Source: an uncultured Verrucomicrobiae bacterium (GTDB lineage Bacteria; Verrucomicrobiota; Verrucomicrobiia; Chthoniobacterales; JAFAMB01). From it: DNA of 64,000 bases. Positions 1 to 9,758 of this stretch are shown here, in pieces. Within the stretch, counting starts at the first letter, position 1; every line of letters starts with the position of its first letter. Both the position numbers and the translations under genes were made by a program. The notes under the pieces are model-generated. The model did no database searches, was not told the origin of the DNA, and saw only the letters and a list, made by a program, of their open reading frames with translations. Location: positions 1,632,001 through 1,696,000 of the forward strand of contig CAWIPH010000002.1 in NCBI GenBank assembly GCA_963837955.1. The letters are read 5' to 3'.

Positions 1-46
1 CGGCTTTATGAAAAAAAGGACAACAAACGAAAAGTGGGGAAGAGAG

Positions 47-1105
47 ATGTCCATGACGAACATCGTTTTGATTGCAGGTGTCCACGGGGTGAGCGGCCGC
101 GCCGCCGCCGAGCATTGGAACTCTTTCCCCGGCACGCGGGTCTACGGATTGTCGCGGCGCTCCGCGCCTTTGCCGGCGGGCGTGGAAGTCGTCAACGCGG
201 ACCTGCTTGACCGGGACGATCTGCAAGGGAAGCTCGAAAACATCAGCGGGATCACCCATATCGTGTTCGGCGCTTATATCGAAAAGCCGACTGCGGCCGA
301 AAGAAGTGAGGCCAACGTGGCCATCCTGAAGAACCTGCTCGACGTTGTTGAAAAGACTTCTCCCTCCCTGCAACACGTCACATTCTACCAGGGCGGAAAG
401 GCCTATGGCGCTGACCTGGGCCCCTTTAAGACGCCCGCCCGCGAAGACGACCCACGTCTCATGCCGCCGAACTTCTACTATGACCAAGAGGACTTTCTCC
501 GTGAGCGCCAGCAGGGAAAGGTGTGGCATTGGACCGCGCTGCGCCCGGAAGCGACAACCGGCTTTGGCCTCGGCAACCCGATGAATCTCGGAATGTCGAT
601 TGCCGTCTACGCCGCCATCTCAAAGGAACTCGGCCTCCCACTGAGGTTTCCGGGCACCGAGAAGACCTATGGGATTTTATATCAAATCACGTCGGCAGAA
701 ATTCTCGCGAAGGCGACCACGTGGGCCGGCCAATCCGAGTCGGCCAGGAACGAGATTTTCAACATCACTAACGGCGACTATTTCCGTTGGAAATACCTTT
801 GGCCGCGCATCGCCGCGATGTTCGATATGCCGGCGGCCGATCCCGTCCCGACGCCTCTTTCCGTTTATATGGCCGACAAGAAGCCCGTGTGGGAGGCTAT
901 TGTCCGCAAGCATGGGTTGCAGCCTCTACCCTACGAACAAGTTTCGTCGTGGCCCTTCGCTGACGCCATTCTCCGTCTCATGGAATATGACAACATCACC
1001 AGCACGATCAAGGCTCGGCGGGCCGGATTTCATGACTGCATCGATACCGAGGAAATGTTTTTGGAGTTTTTCGACGATCTTCGCCGGATGCAGGTGATCC
1101 CGTGA
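47..1105 (+). CDS. SDR-family NAD(P)-dependent oxidoreductase, PRISE/progesterone 5-beta-reductase-like
   Basis: GVHGVSG Rossmann motif, GLSRR, GGKAYG, PNFYYDQED, WTALRP. Start placed at ATG 47 (or 53); the ORF track begins at 8. Confidence 0.85.
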   Translation: MSMTNIVLIAGVHGVSGRAAAEHWNSFPGTRVYGLSRRSAPLPAGVEVVNADLLDRDDLQGKLENISGITHIVFGAYIEKPTAAERSEANVAILKNLLDVVEKTSPSLQHVTFYQGGKAYGADLGPFKTPAREDDPRLMPPNFYYDQEDFLRERQQGKVWHWTALRPEATTGFGLGNPMNLGMSIAVYAAISKELGLPLRFPGTEKTYGILYQITSAEILAKATTWAGQSESARNEIFNITNGDYFRWKYLWPRIAAMFDMPAADPVPTPLSVYMADKKPVWEAIVRKHGLQPLPYEQVSSWPFADAILRLMEYDNITSTIKARRAGFHDCIDTEEMFLEFFDDLRRMQVIP

Positions 1106-1145
1106 AGAAATAATTTTGCTGTTATTAGCAAAAAACCCGCCCATC

Positions 1146-1211
1146 ATGAACAAAACCGTACTCGTTACGGGTTCTAGTCAAGGCATCGGATTTGCTATCG
1201 CCGAATCCTAT
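1146..1211 (+). pseudogene. Short N-terminal SDR remnant, in frame with the downstream serine hydrolase
   Basis: MNKTVLVTGSSQGIGFAIA is a classical SDR TGxxxGIG start, and similarity stops after about 22 codons. Confidence 0.6.
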
Positions 1212-1271
1212 CAAATCTTACCAAAGTTACTATCTATGAAACACGGAAGTGCGGAGAGTTTCGGTAAAACA

Positions 1272-2444
1272 ATGGCTTCTCCATTCTCTGGAGCCCTGAA
1301 CCATTCGGAAGATTCCAATTTAGCCGATCGATTGAATCGAGTGATCCGTCGAGCCTTGTCCGAAAATCGTATTGTGGGAACAGCTATTCTCGTCGCTCGG
1401 AACGGAAACGTCGTTTTTACTCGAGCAGCCGGTTTCGCTGACCGGGAGAGGGAACAGGCGGTGCACCAAGACACAATCTTTCGGCTTGCTTCCATGACCA
1501 AGCCGATCGTTTCCGCCGCGACCCTGGCATTGGTTGAGCGGGGCACAATGCGTCTGGATGATCCGGTCACGCGATGGCTTCCTGATTTTCGGCCCGCGTT
1601 GGCCGACGGCAACCGGCCGACAATCACGGTGCGTCACTTACTCACTCATACCGCTGGGCTCACCTATGGATTCAAGGAGCCGGCGGATAGCCCCTATCAT
1701 CGCGCGCATGTGTCGGACGGATTAGAACAACCTGGGCTTTCGATCGATGAAAATCTGCGGCGATTGGCCTCTGTGTCCCTCCTCTATCCTCCAGGAACCA
1801 TTTGGAATTACTCACTTGCGATCGATGTCCTCGGCGAAGCGGTTGCGCGCGCTGGCAACGCGTCGCTGCCGACGGTGATCGAGCAGTTAGTCACTGGTCC
1901 ATTAGGAATGAAGGACACCGCATTCTCGGTTTCTGATGCCACGCGACTCGCCACCCCCTATGCTGACGCCGATCCGCAACCAGTGCGAATGAATGATCCG
2001 CATGTGGTGCATCGCGAGGATGAGGTGATCACCTTCTCACCCTCGCGTGCGTTTGATCCGGATTCGTATCCATCCGGTGGTGCGGGAATGCTCGGAACGG
2101 CCCAGGATTATCTGATTTTCTTGGAGGCGTTACGCACGCGGAATAATTCAATCCTCAAGCCGGAAAGCGTCGAACTGATGACAAAAAACGCCATTCCTAA
2201 CATACCTACGGACTCGTTGGACCCCGGTTGGACTTTTGGCTTTGGCTTTGGCGTTCTGGAAGATCCGATCCCAACCGGCTCACCAATGAATCCCGGCGCC
2301 TTTCGTTGGGGCGGCGTCTACGGAAATGACTTTTGGGTTGACCCAATGGCGGGCATTTCGGTTGTCGCTCTGACCAACACGGCAGTAGAGGGGAATACCG
2401 GTGATTTTCCCGATTCCATTGCGCGCGCAGTATACGGCCGATGA
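1272..2444 (+). CDS. Serine hydrolase, beta-lactamase class C/EstB-like esterase
   Basis: FRLASMTK (SxxK), LLTHTAGL, WNYS, WGG. Start is uncertain (1236 or 1272). Confidence 0.88.
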   Translation: MASPFSGALNHSEDSNLADRLNRVIRRALSENRIVGTAILVARNGNVVFTRAAGFADREREQAVHQDTIFRLASMTKPIVSAATLALVERGTMRLDDPVTRWLPDFRPALADGNRPTITVRHLLTHTAGLTYGFKEPADSPYHRAHVSDGLEQPGLSIDENLRRLASVSLLYPPGTIWNYSLAIDVLGEAVARAGNASLPTVIEQLVTGPLGMKDTAFSVSDATRLATPYADADPQPVRMNDPHVVHREDEVITFSPSRAFDPDSYPSGGAGMLGTAQDYLIFLEALRTRNNSILKPESVELMTKNAIPNIPTDSLDPGWTFGFGFGVLEDPIPTGSPMNPGAFRWGGVYGNDFWVDPMAGISVVALTNTAVEGNTGDFPDSIARAVYGR

Positions 2445-2703
2445 TCGGAAGCAGAGACAGATTCTCGGACTTGTTTCTAACGGATCTTCGAGGTTGCGGC
2501 GATTCGGGCCCCGTGTGAACTTCCCCGGTTCATCTGCGGCAAGCGCGATCGGCAGCGCCTCCCCAGCTTGCGCCGATGATAATATCAATCATAATTGAAC
2601 TCTGCGGGATTGGTCACGCAGCCGTTTGTCGTTCGCGAAAGCGCGTGGCAATCAGCTAAAGTCCGAGCGTTGGCCATTCTATCGCCTCCCGGGAGGATCT
2701 GCG

Positions 2704-4848
2704 ATGGATAAAATTCAGCGGGCTTGGGAAAGGTTCATAACGAACGGCACCGGATCGAATGCTGTACGGGGAGTCGTCGCCGCTTCGTGGGAACGTTCTC
2801 AAGCGTACCATATACCTATCGAACGGGACGGGGCGCCACTGGCGCCCGAGGAGGAAGCGGCTCGGCTTCGTTCTGAGCATTCAGCATTAATTACGGCAGC
2901 TCGACCGCCCCTGGAGCAGGCGCGATTCCTCCTCGCCGAAGCGAATTCTATCGTTATCCTCACCGATCCATCTGGAGTCATTATCGAGACTGCGGGGGAT
3001 CCACGAACTACAGATGTCGGCCGCACCATACACCTCGAGCAGGGTGGACACTGGGCCGAGGCAGACATCGGGACCAACGCGATCGGAACCGCCATCGCAG
3101 CATTGCAACCGACCCAGATCCATGGTGTCGAGCATTTCTGCAGCGAAGTCCAGCGATGGACGTGTGCAGCCACTCCGATCTGGCACCCCATTTACGGCGA
3201 GTTCCTTGGGGTTCTCGATATCTCCGGTTCAGCCAAAACCTTTAACCCGCAGAGCCTGGCATTTGCGGTCGCAGTCGGACGGCAGATAGAGGGGATGCTC
3301 GCTCAGCCGATCAAGGAGGACCATGAACGGTTGCTGCGTTATTTCGTTACCAAACGTTCAGATTGGCTGACGGAAGATATCGTGGCGATCGACCGCCATG
3401 GAATGATTGTGTATGCCACCAGCGCTGGGCAGCAAGTTGTAGAAAGACGGAATCGGGGCTTGATCCGTGACGGGCACATTTCTGGCCTTAATAAGGTCCC
3501 CTTTGCGGCTTGGCCTGCTCGGTTGAGCCAGCTGGTACCGAACGCCAGTACCGAGCTAGTCTTCGACCATGGCCACGAAACTGGAGCGATCCTGGTCTTG
3601 CACAGACTCAGACACAAATCTGTTCCGACGATCACGCCGGAGGAAATGCAAGCGGCACTTGCCCGCGAGCGAGAGATGTTCATGCAGCAGCGCACGATCG
3701 AGCTGGCGAGGGCGAACGAAGCACTGCGTGGATGCCTGGATGCTCTTGCCGCAGTGCCAAACCTGGATGAGTTCCTCGGGCAAGTGATGGCCGCCATCAC
3801 GCGGGAGCTTGGCGGAACGTCGTCCATTTTGCGATTGCGGAACTTTGAAAAGAACTGTTTGGCTGTGGATCTTGTTTTTCAAGACGGTCGCGTGATGACT
3901 CCAGCAGAGGCGAAATATCCGGAATGGTTCCAGTGTAATCCGCTTGATGAGCGACAGATTAAGCTGCTGAAACAACAAACCGTTGTGGAGCACCTTCTCG
4001 ACGATATTGCATCGATTCCTGCTGCCCGTCGGTCCTATCTGCTTGGGCTCGGCGTAAAGACAGTGCTAACCATTCCTTTAAACTTAGGTACGGAGTTGAT
4101 CGGCAGCCTGGCTTTTCGGTTCACTGAGAACCGGGAATTTCGTCCAGAGGAGATCGAAATAGCTCGGGCGCTGGAAAGCCAGGCGGCCCTGGCAATTCAG
4201 GTCACGCGATTGGCGAAGGCCGCCAGGCAATCAGCAGTCCTAGAGGAGAGAGATCGGCTGGCTGGTGAGATTCACGACGGATTGGCGCAAAGTTTTACCG
4301 CGATCTGCATGCAACTGGGAGTTGCCAAGGAAGAATTAGCTTCAAAAGAAGGCGATCCTCTCCGCCGCATTCAGCGGGCCGTTGATATGGCCAAATTTGG
4401 CTTGGCCGAAGCACGCCGTTGCGCCCACAATTTGCGCTTAAGCAACGAATCAGGATTGGCGGTGGCGCTGAAACGTTTGGTCGAGCGCTCGACTGTGGCT
4501 GGGCGATTGCGTTGCACCTTCCGGTCCGAGAACATACCTGAAAAGAGCTTGCCGCCCAGTGTGCAACAACATGAGCTCCTACGCATCGCCCAGGAGGCGG
4601 TTCACAATGCTGTGCGCCACGCCAATCCAACCTCGATTGACGTGAGCCTTAAATGGGATGCACCAAACCTCGTTCTTCAAGTAAGAGACGATGGTTCCGG
4701 GATTTCTAAAGTTTCCCAAGTCAAGAGTGAAGGCTTCGGACTGAGTAATATGCGGGCTAGGGCCTCCCAAATTGGCGCAAAACTAGAGATTCAGACCTCC
4801 GCCGATCACGGCACAACTGTTATCGTGAACGTGCCGATCTCATCATGA
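2704..4848 (+). CDS. Soluble sensor histidine kinase: AcoR-type GAF + second GAF + HisKA_3/HATPase
   Basis: N-terminal SWERS..GTNAIGTA..EHF..WTCAATPI..LDISG; C-terminal EERDRLAGEIHDGLAQ, QEAVHNAVRHA, DDGSG, GFGLSNM. ATG 2704 follows GGAGG. Confidence 0.85.
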   Translation: MDKIQRAWERFITNGTGSNAVRGVVAASWERSQAYHIPIERDGAPLAPEEEAARLRSEHSALITAARPPLEQARFLLAEANSIVILTDPSGVIIETAGDPRTTDVGRTIHLEQGGHWAEADIGTNAIGTAIAALQPTQIHGVEHFCSEVQRWTCAATPIWHPIYGEFLGVLDISGSAKTFNPQSLAFAVAVGRQIEGMLAQPIKEDHERLLRYFVTKRSDWLTEDIVAIDRHGMIVYATSAGQQVVERRNRGLIRDGHISGLNKVPFAAWPARLSQLVPNASTELVFDHGHETGAILVLHRLRHKSVPTITPEEMQAALAREREMFMQQRTIELARANEALRGCLDALAAVPNLDEFLGQVMAAITRELGGTSSILRLRNFEKNCLAVDLVFQDGRVMTPAEAKYPEWFQCNPLDERQIKLLKQQTVVEHLLDDIASIPAARRSYLLGLGVKTVLTIPLNLGTELIGSLAFRFTENREFRPEEIEIARALESQAALAIQVTRLAKAARQSAVLEERDRLAGEIHDGLAQSFTAICMQLGVAKEELASKEGDPLRRIQRAVDMAKFGLAEARRCAHNLRLSNESGLAVALKRLVERSTVAGRLRCTFRSENIPEKSLPPSVQQHELLRIAQEAVHNAVRHANPTSIDVSLKWDAPNLVLQVRDDGSGISKVSQVKSEGFGLSNMRARASQIGAKLEIQTSADHGTTVIVNVPISS

Positions 4849-5954
4849 AATCGTTGCTTTTTACTCCGTGGCAGGTGAGGGAAGTCCGCCTCCGCAATCG
4901 GATCGGGGTTTCGCCGATGTGCCAGTATTGGGCGAAAGATGGGTTCGCGTCGGACTGGCATCTGGTTCACCTGGGCTCGCGAGCCGTTGGTGGTGCCGGT
5001 CTCGTCATGACAGAAGCGGCCGCTGTCGAGGCGCGCGGACGGATTACTCCTAGTGATCTCGGGATCTGGTCCGATGAACACATTCCGATGTTGTCTCGCA
5101 TCACCGAGTTCATTCATAGCTACGGTGCGGTGGCTGGAGTGCAGCTGGCTCATGCCGGCCGGAAAGGTAGCGTGGCGCGTCCTTGGGAAGGTGGTCGTTC
5201 ACTGTCCGATGAAGAAGGCGGATGGGAAACCGTTGGACCCAGTCCGATCGCTTTCGGTGGGCCGAACAACGAACTCTGGCGGGTGCCTCACGAATTGACG
5301 GAAGAAGAGATTGAAGAGGTCCTGGCTGCTTTCGCAGCTGCAACTCGACGCGCTTTAGCTGCCGGGTTCCGGTGGGTCGAACTGCATTTCGCCCACGGTT
5401 ATCTCGGGCACAGTTTTCTTTCTCCGATTACGAACCAGCGCACCGATCGCTACGGCGGTTCATTCGAAAACCGGATTCGATTTGCGATGGAAACTGCGAA
5501 ACGCGTCAGGGCGGTCTGGCCCGCGTCGTTGCCCTTGGCTATGCGGATTTCTGCCACGGACTGGATCGACGGCGCCTGGGATATTGACCAGACCGTCGAG
5601 CTGGCGAAAAGGTTGGGCCCGTTGGGTGTGGACCTGTTTGATTGCAGTTCCGGGGGTATCGCGCCCGGAGTCCGGTACGACGCACGTACCGCCTATCAAG
5701 TCCCGTTTGCGGAGCGGGTCCTCAAAGAGGCTGGGGTGCCCACCGCGGCAGTTGGCTCGATCACCCAACCGAACGTCGCCGAGGAGATCCTGCAGAAGGG
5801 TCAGGCGACGCTGATCTTCCTGGCGCGAGCGATGTTGGACGATCCCTATTGGCCCTTGCACGGCAGCTTTCAACTGGGGAGCCGGAGCGAGATTAATTTG
5901 CCGCCACCTTACGAGTACGTCTTGCAAAACCCGATCATCGCGGCGCACAACTAA
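4845..5954 (+). CDS. namA: NADH:flavin oxidoreductase (Old Yellow Enzyme, YqjM/NamA type)
   Basis: SPMCQY, QLAHAGRK, HFAHGYL, NQRTDRYGGSFENR. ATGA overlap with the kinase stop codon. Confidence 0.9.
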   Translation: MKSLLFTPWQVREVRLRNRIGVSPMCQYWAKDGFASDWHLVHLGSRAVGGAGLVMTEAAAVEARGRITPSDLGIWSDEHIPMLSRITEFIHSYGAVAGVQLAHAGRKGSVARPWEGGRSLSDEEGGWETVGPSPIAFGGPNNELWRVPHELTEEEIEEVLAAFAAATRRALAAGFRWVELHFAHGYLGHSFLSPITNQRTDRYGGSFENRIRFAMETAKRVRAVWPASLPLAMRISATDWIDGAWDIDQTVELAKRLGPLGVDLFDCSSGGIAPGVRYDARTAYQVPFAERVLKEAGVPTAAVGSITQPNVAEEILQKGQATLIFLARAMLDDPYWPLHGSFQLGSRSEINLPPPYEYVLQNPIIAAHN

Positions 5955-6284
5955 TCGAGCCCAAGGTAAGCCTAGGAATTGGGTTGAGTCTAAATGGTGC
6001 CATTCACCAATCACTTCTCACTTCTCACGATCGCAGTGCCCTGGGGTTCCTGAGCCAGGAGGATCAGGCTACGCCCACGTCTTACTCTTTGGCGGCCATC
6101 TTGGTCACTCCCAGGATTCTTCTACCAGATCGGCTGCGACAGAGAGTCCATTGGCCTCAGCGATCGCCTTCTGCAGTTTACGTGCATTGAAGAGTCGCTA
6201 GTCACTGTGCGGCTGCGCAGGCGACCTTTCCCTCCTATGACCGAAGCAATCCCCTTGTCGCCTACGCAGCCGAAAGCAATAGAC

Positions 6285-7706
6285 TCAGAATTTAGCGACT
6301 TCTTTGGCTGACCCTGTTGTGATGTTGTTTCCAGCCATACCTTCGACTGTCTCCAACTTCGATGCTAACGAGGTTGTTGGAAGGCCCGCTACGAGATTTG
6401 CTTTGGTCGCTGGCCGGCCAATCGGGTAATATTGGAAACCCAGATCCCTCATTATCTTCGGGTCGAACAGATTCCTTCCGTCAAATACGATCGGGGTATG
6501 CATCCGACGGTGTACCTCGGCCAAGTCAATCGTGGCAAAATCGGGCCACTCGGTTGCTAAGACCAAAGTCTCCGCATCTCGGACTGCCTCCAGGGCGGAG
6601 CCGGCGAAATGAACGCCCGGACACAAATTAAGTTCCTGTACCTTCTCGTTTCCCTTGGGATCGTACGCGGTCACATGAGCGCCTTCCCGGATGAGATCGT
6701 TGACCAGATCCACGGCGACCGAGCTGCGCACATCATCGGTATCGGGCTTGAAGGTAAGCCCCCACACAGCAATCCGCTTTTCTTTCAATACCCACAGAGT
6801 ATCGCGCAACCTTTTCACGAAGCGCTCGCGCTGATGCTGGTTGATACGCTGGACCTCTCTGAGAAGGGGGAATGGTTCGCCGATCTGTTCGCTGATTGAG
6901 ATGAAGGCAGCGATGTCTTTTGGAAAACAGGATCCACCATACCCGAGTCCGGCCTTGAGGAAACTGCGTCCGATGCGTTTGTCCGCTCCAATACCGTCGG
7001 CAACTCTTTCGACATCTGCTCCGCTAGCTTCACAAATGGCGGACAGAGCATTGATATAAGAGATCTTTAACGCGAGAAAGGAGTTGGCGGCGTGTTTAAT
7101 TAACTCGGCGCTATTGATATCGGTGACCATAATGGGAGCCATGAAAGGTTCGTAAACTCTTTTCATGATCGCTAAAGCCCGTTCGCTGTTCGAACCGATC
7201 ACAATGCGGTCGGGTTCCATCAGGTCAGCAACGGCACAGCCTTCCCGAAGAAATTCCGGATTGCTTACTACGTCGAATTCGACATCGACTTTGTTGTACC
7301 GTCGAATCGTATCGGCGACTTTTTCACCGGTTTTGACCGGAACAGTGCTTTTATCGACGATCACTCGATACTCTCTGAGCACCGAAGCGATTTCGCGAGC
7401 CACCCGCTCGATGTAAGTCAAATCCACTCTGCCATCGGCCTGAGGAGGCGTTGGTACAGCAATGAATATGACTTGAGAGTTATCGACTCCTTCTTCGATT
7501 CTGCCGGTAAAGGATAGGCGATTGGCTGAGACATTGCGCTGTACTAACTCTTCGAGGCCGGGCTCATAAATTGGAATTACACCGCTTCGAAGTGCTTTGA
7601 CTTTTCGTTCGTCATTGTCAATGCAGATGACTTCGTGCCCCACCTCGGCGAAACAGGCGCCGGTGACCAATCCAACGTAGCCGGACCCTATAATTGCGAT
7701 TCTCAT
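6285..7706 (-). CDS. ugd: UDP-glucose 6-dehydrogenase
   Basis: GSGYVG, PIYEPGL, KSTVP, NPEFLREG, GYGGSCFPKD, FKPDTDD. Confidence 0.95.
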   Translation of the reverse strand: MRIAIIGSGYVGLVTGACFAEVGHEVICIDNDERKVKALRSGVIPIYEPGLEELVQRNVSANRLSFTGRIEEGVDNSQVIFIAVPTPPQADGRVDLTYIERVAREIASVLREYRVIVDKSTVPVKTGEKVADTIRRYNKVDVEFDVVSNPEFLREGCAVADLMEPDRIVIGSNSERALAIMKRVYEPFMAPIMVTDINSAELIKHAANSFLALKISYINALSAICEASGADVERVADGIGADKRIGRSFLKAGLGYGGSCFPKDIAAFISISEQIGEPFPLLREVQRINQHQRERFVKRLRDTLWVLKEKRIAVWGLTFKPDTDDVRSSVAVDLVNDLIREGAHVTAYDPKGNEKVQELNLCPGVHFAGSALEAVRDAETLVLATEWPDFATIDLAEVHRRMHTPIVFDGRNLFDPKIMRDLGFQYYPIGRPATKANLVAGLPTTSLASKLETVEGMAGNNITTGSAKEVAKF

Positions 7707-7974
7707 ACCAATCAGGAGTTGTTCCAGGGCCGATAATGCGATCCCAGGAGAAAAAGTTTCATGTTGCGTCGTCAAGCATCAAGGGGTGTTACCGTGTGCG
7801 GTTTCCCTGCTGCACATTTCTTTTACCCCCAGATTGAAGGCACGGGCCGTTTTTGTCTGGATTGCCGTAATCGTTGTTCGGGCTACTGCCAGAAGTCCGT
7901 AGAGAAACCGCGAATGGACTAATGGACGAATTGAACCAACTGAACAAAAGTAAAAACAAAATCAAGATCCGCCT

Positions 7975-8526
7975 ATGGATACATTTCTTCCCCCTATCGA
8001 AAAGCCCAACGGGCTGATGATGAAGCTGGCGTATTACTTTACCCGCCGGCAATTTGGCAAAGTGCTCACTCCGGTGAAAGTGCATAGCGCGCGGCTGCCA
8101 GCCGCATTCGGTCTATTCTACGCGAAGATCGGCAAGCTAGATAAAAAGCTGCAGCTGCCGCCGGAGACCGTCCTGCTCGTCCGCGAACAGGTGGCGCGTA
8201 TCAACGTCTGTCTTTTCTGCATGGACATCGGCCGCTCGTTCGCGATCAAAGCGACGATGAATGAAGCCAAATTCGACGCGCTGGAGCAATACAGCACGAG
8301 TCATCTTTTTACCGACGCAGAACGCGCCGCGCTGGACTATGTGACGGAGCTGACAAGGGATAAAAAGGTTAACCCGGACACTTTTGCTCGGATCTCCCGC
8401 TATTATTCCGAACGCGAGATCTGCGAGATCGTCTGGCTGGTTGCCAGCGAGCACCTTTACAACATGACCAATATCGGTCTGAACATCCATTCGGATATGC
8501 TCTGTGACATCAGCCGGAAGCGGTAA
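7975..8526 (+). CDS. Carboxymuconolactone decarboxylase/AhpD-like protein
   Basis: VARINVCLFCMD (CxxC) and FTDAERAALDY helix pattern. Confidence 0.8.
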   Translation: MDTFLPPIEKPNGLMMKLAYYFTRRQFGKVLTPVKVHSARLPAAFGLFYAKIGKLDKKLQLPPETVLLVREQVARINVCLFCMDIGRSFAIKATMNEAKFDALEQYSTSHLFTDAERAALDYVTELTRDKKVNPDTFARISRYYSEREICEIVWLVASEHLYNMTNIGLNIHSDMLCDISRKR

Positions 8527-8536
8527 AAGTAGAATT

Positions 8537-9654
8537 CCATAGAAACAAGTTTCACGAAAGGTCGCGAAGACAGATGTTTTGAACAGGAGGTCGCAGAGGT
8601 CACAAAGGAGGTGATTTTTGACCCCAGAATAGGATCAAATGGCCGGATCTTCTGAAGCATCCCAGGTCTTGGTAAAGTCGGAATCCCTCTTTGAGATCTC
8701 TACGATCTCTTCGTTTAAAATCTCTCTTTGCGGGCTCCTATTGAGGAGAGGTCACGCCCTCTATAGAAACAAGTTTCACAAAAGGTCGCGAAGACAGATT
8801 TTTTGAACAGGAGGTCGCAGAGGTCACAAAGGGGGGGATTTTTGACCCCGGAATAGGATCAAATGGCTAGATCTTCTGAAGCATCCCAGGTCTTGGTACA
8901 GTCGGAATCCCTCTTTGAAATCTCTGCGATCTCTCTGTTTTAAGTCTTTCTTTGCGGGCTTCTGTTGCGGTGAGGTCACGCCCTCCATAGAAACAAGTTT
9001 CACAAAAGGTCGCGAAGACAGATTTTTTGAACAGGAGATCGCAGAGGTCACAAAGGAGGTGATTTTTGACCCCGGAATAGGATCAAATGGCCGGATCTTC
9101 TGAAGCATCCCAGGTCTTGGTAAAGCTGGAATCCCTCTTTGAGATCTCTGCGATCTCTCTGTTTAAAATCTTTCTTTGCGGGCTCCTGTTGAGGAGAGGT
9201 CACACCCTCCATAGAAACAAGTTTCACAAAAGGTCGCGAAGACAGATTTTTTCAACAGGAGGTCGCAGAGATCACAAAGAAAGTGATACTTGGCGCCGGA
9301 ATAGGATCAAATGGTCGTACCTTCTGAAGCATCCCAGGTCTCGGTAAAGTCCGAATCCCTCTTTGAGATCTCTGCGATCTCTCTGTTTTAAGTCTTTCTT
9401 TGCGGGCTTCTGTTGCGGTGAGGTCACGCCCTCCATAGAAACAAGTCTAACAAAGGGTCGCGAAGACAGATTTTTTGAACAGGAGGTCGCAGAGGTCACA
9501 AAGGAGGTGATACTTGACCCCAAAATAGGATCAAATGGCGGGATCTTCTGAAGCATCCCAGGTCTCGGTAAAGTCCGAATCCCTTTTGAGATCTCTGCGA
9601 TCTCTCTGTTTAAAATCTTTCTTTGCGGGCTCCTGTTGAGGTGAGACCACACGC
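8537..9654. repeat. Tandem array of five 224-bp units, each a long imperfect inverted repeat
   Basis: C(C/T)ATAGAAACAAGT recurs at 8537, 8761, 8985, 9209 and 9433 (period 224). Internal arms are AACAGGAGGTCGCAGAGGTCACAAAG and CTTTGAGATCTCTGCGATCTCTCTGTT. Confidence 0.97.
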
Positions 9655-9657
9655 TAT

Positions 9658-9712
9658 CTAACATTCAACACATATAACAAACCTGTGTTGAATGTTAGGC
9701 TCGACCCCATTC
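9658..9712. repeat. Palindromic REP-like element, copy 1
   Basis: Perfect 15-bp inverted repeat CTAACATTCAACACA / TGTGTTGAATGTTAG followed by GCTCGACCCCATTC. A related copy lies at 46270-46330. Confidence 0.75.
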
Positions 9713-9758
9713 GTAGATCTCCGCCAGTCCTTCTACCGAGAAGATCCCGTTAAATCCC

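Noticed and set aside
2401..2598. LuxR-like fragment (RQRQILGLVSNG)
   Set aside because: Too short, and the rest of the helix-turn-helix is missing.
8537..9654. CRISPR array
   Set aside because: Units are 224 bp and conserved along their whole length, with no unique spacers and no cas genes in the window.
8457..9664. Repeated small ORFs (MLQKIRPFDP.., MKSLRSLCFK..)
   Set aside because: By-products of the DNA repeat: the period is not divisible by 3 and stops differ between units.
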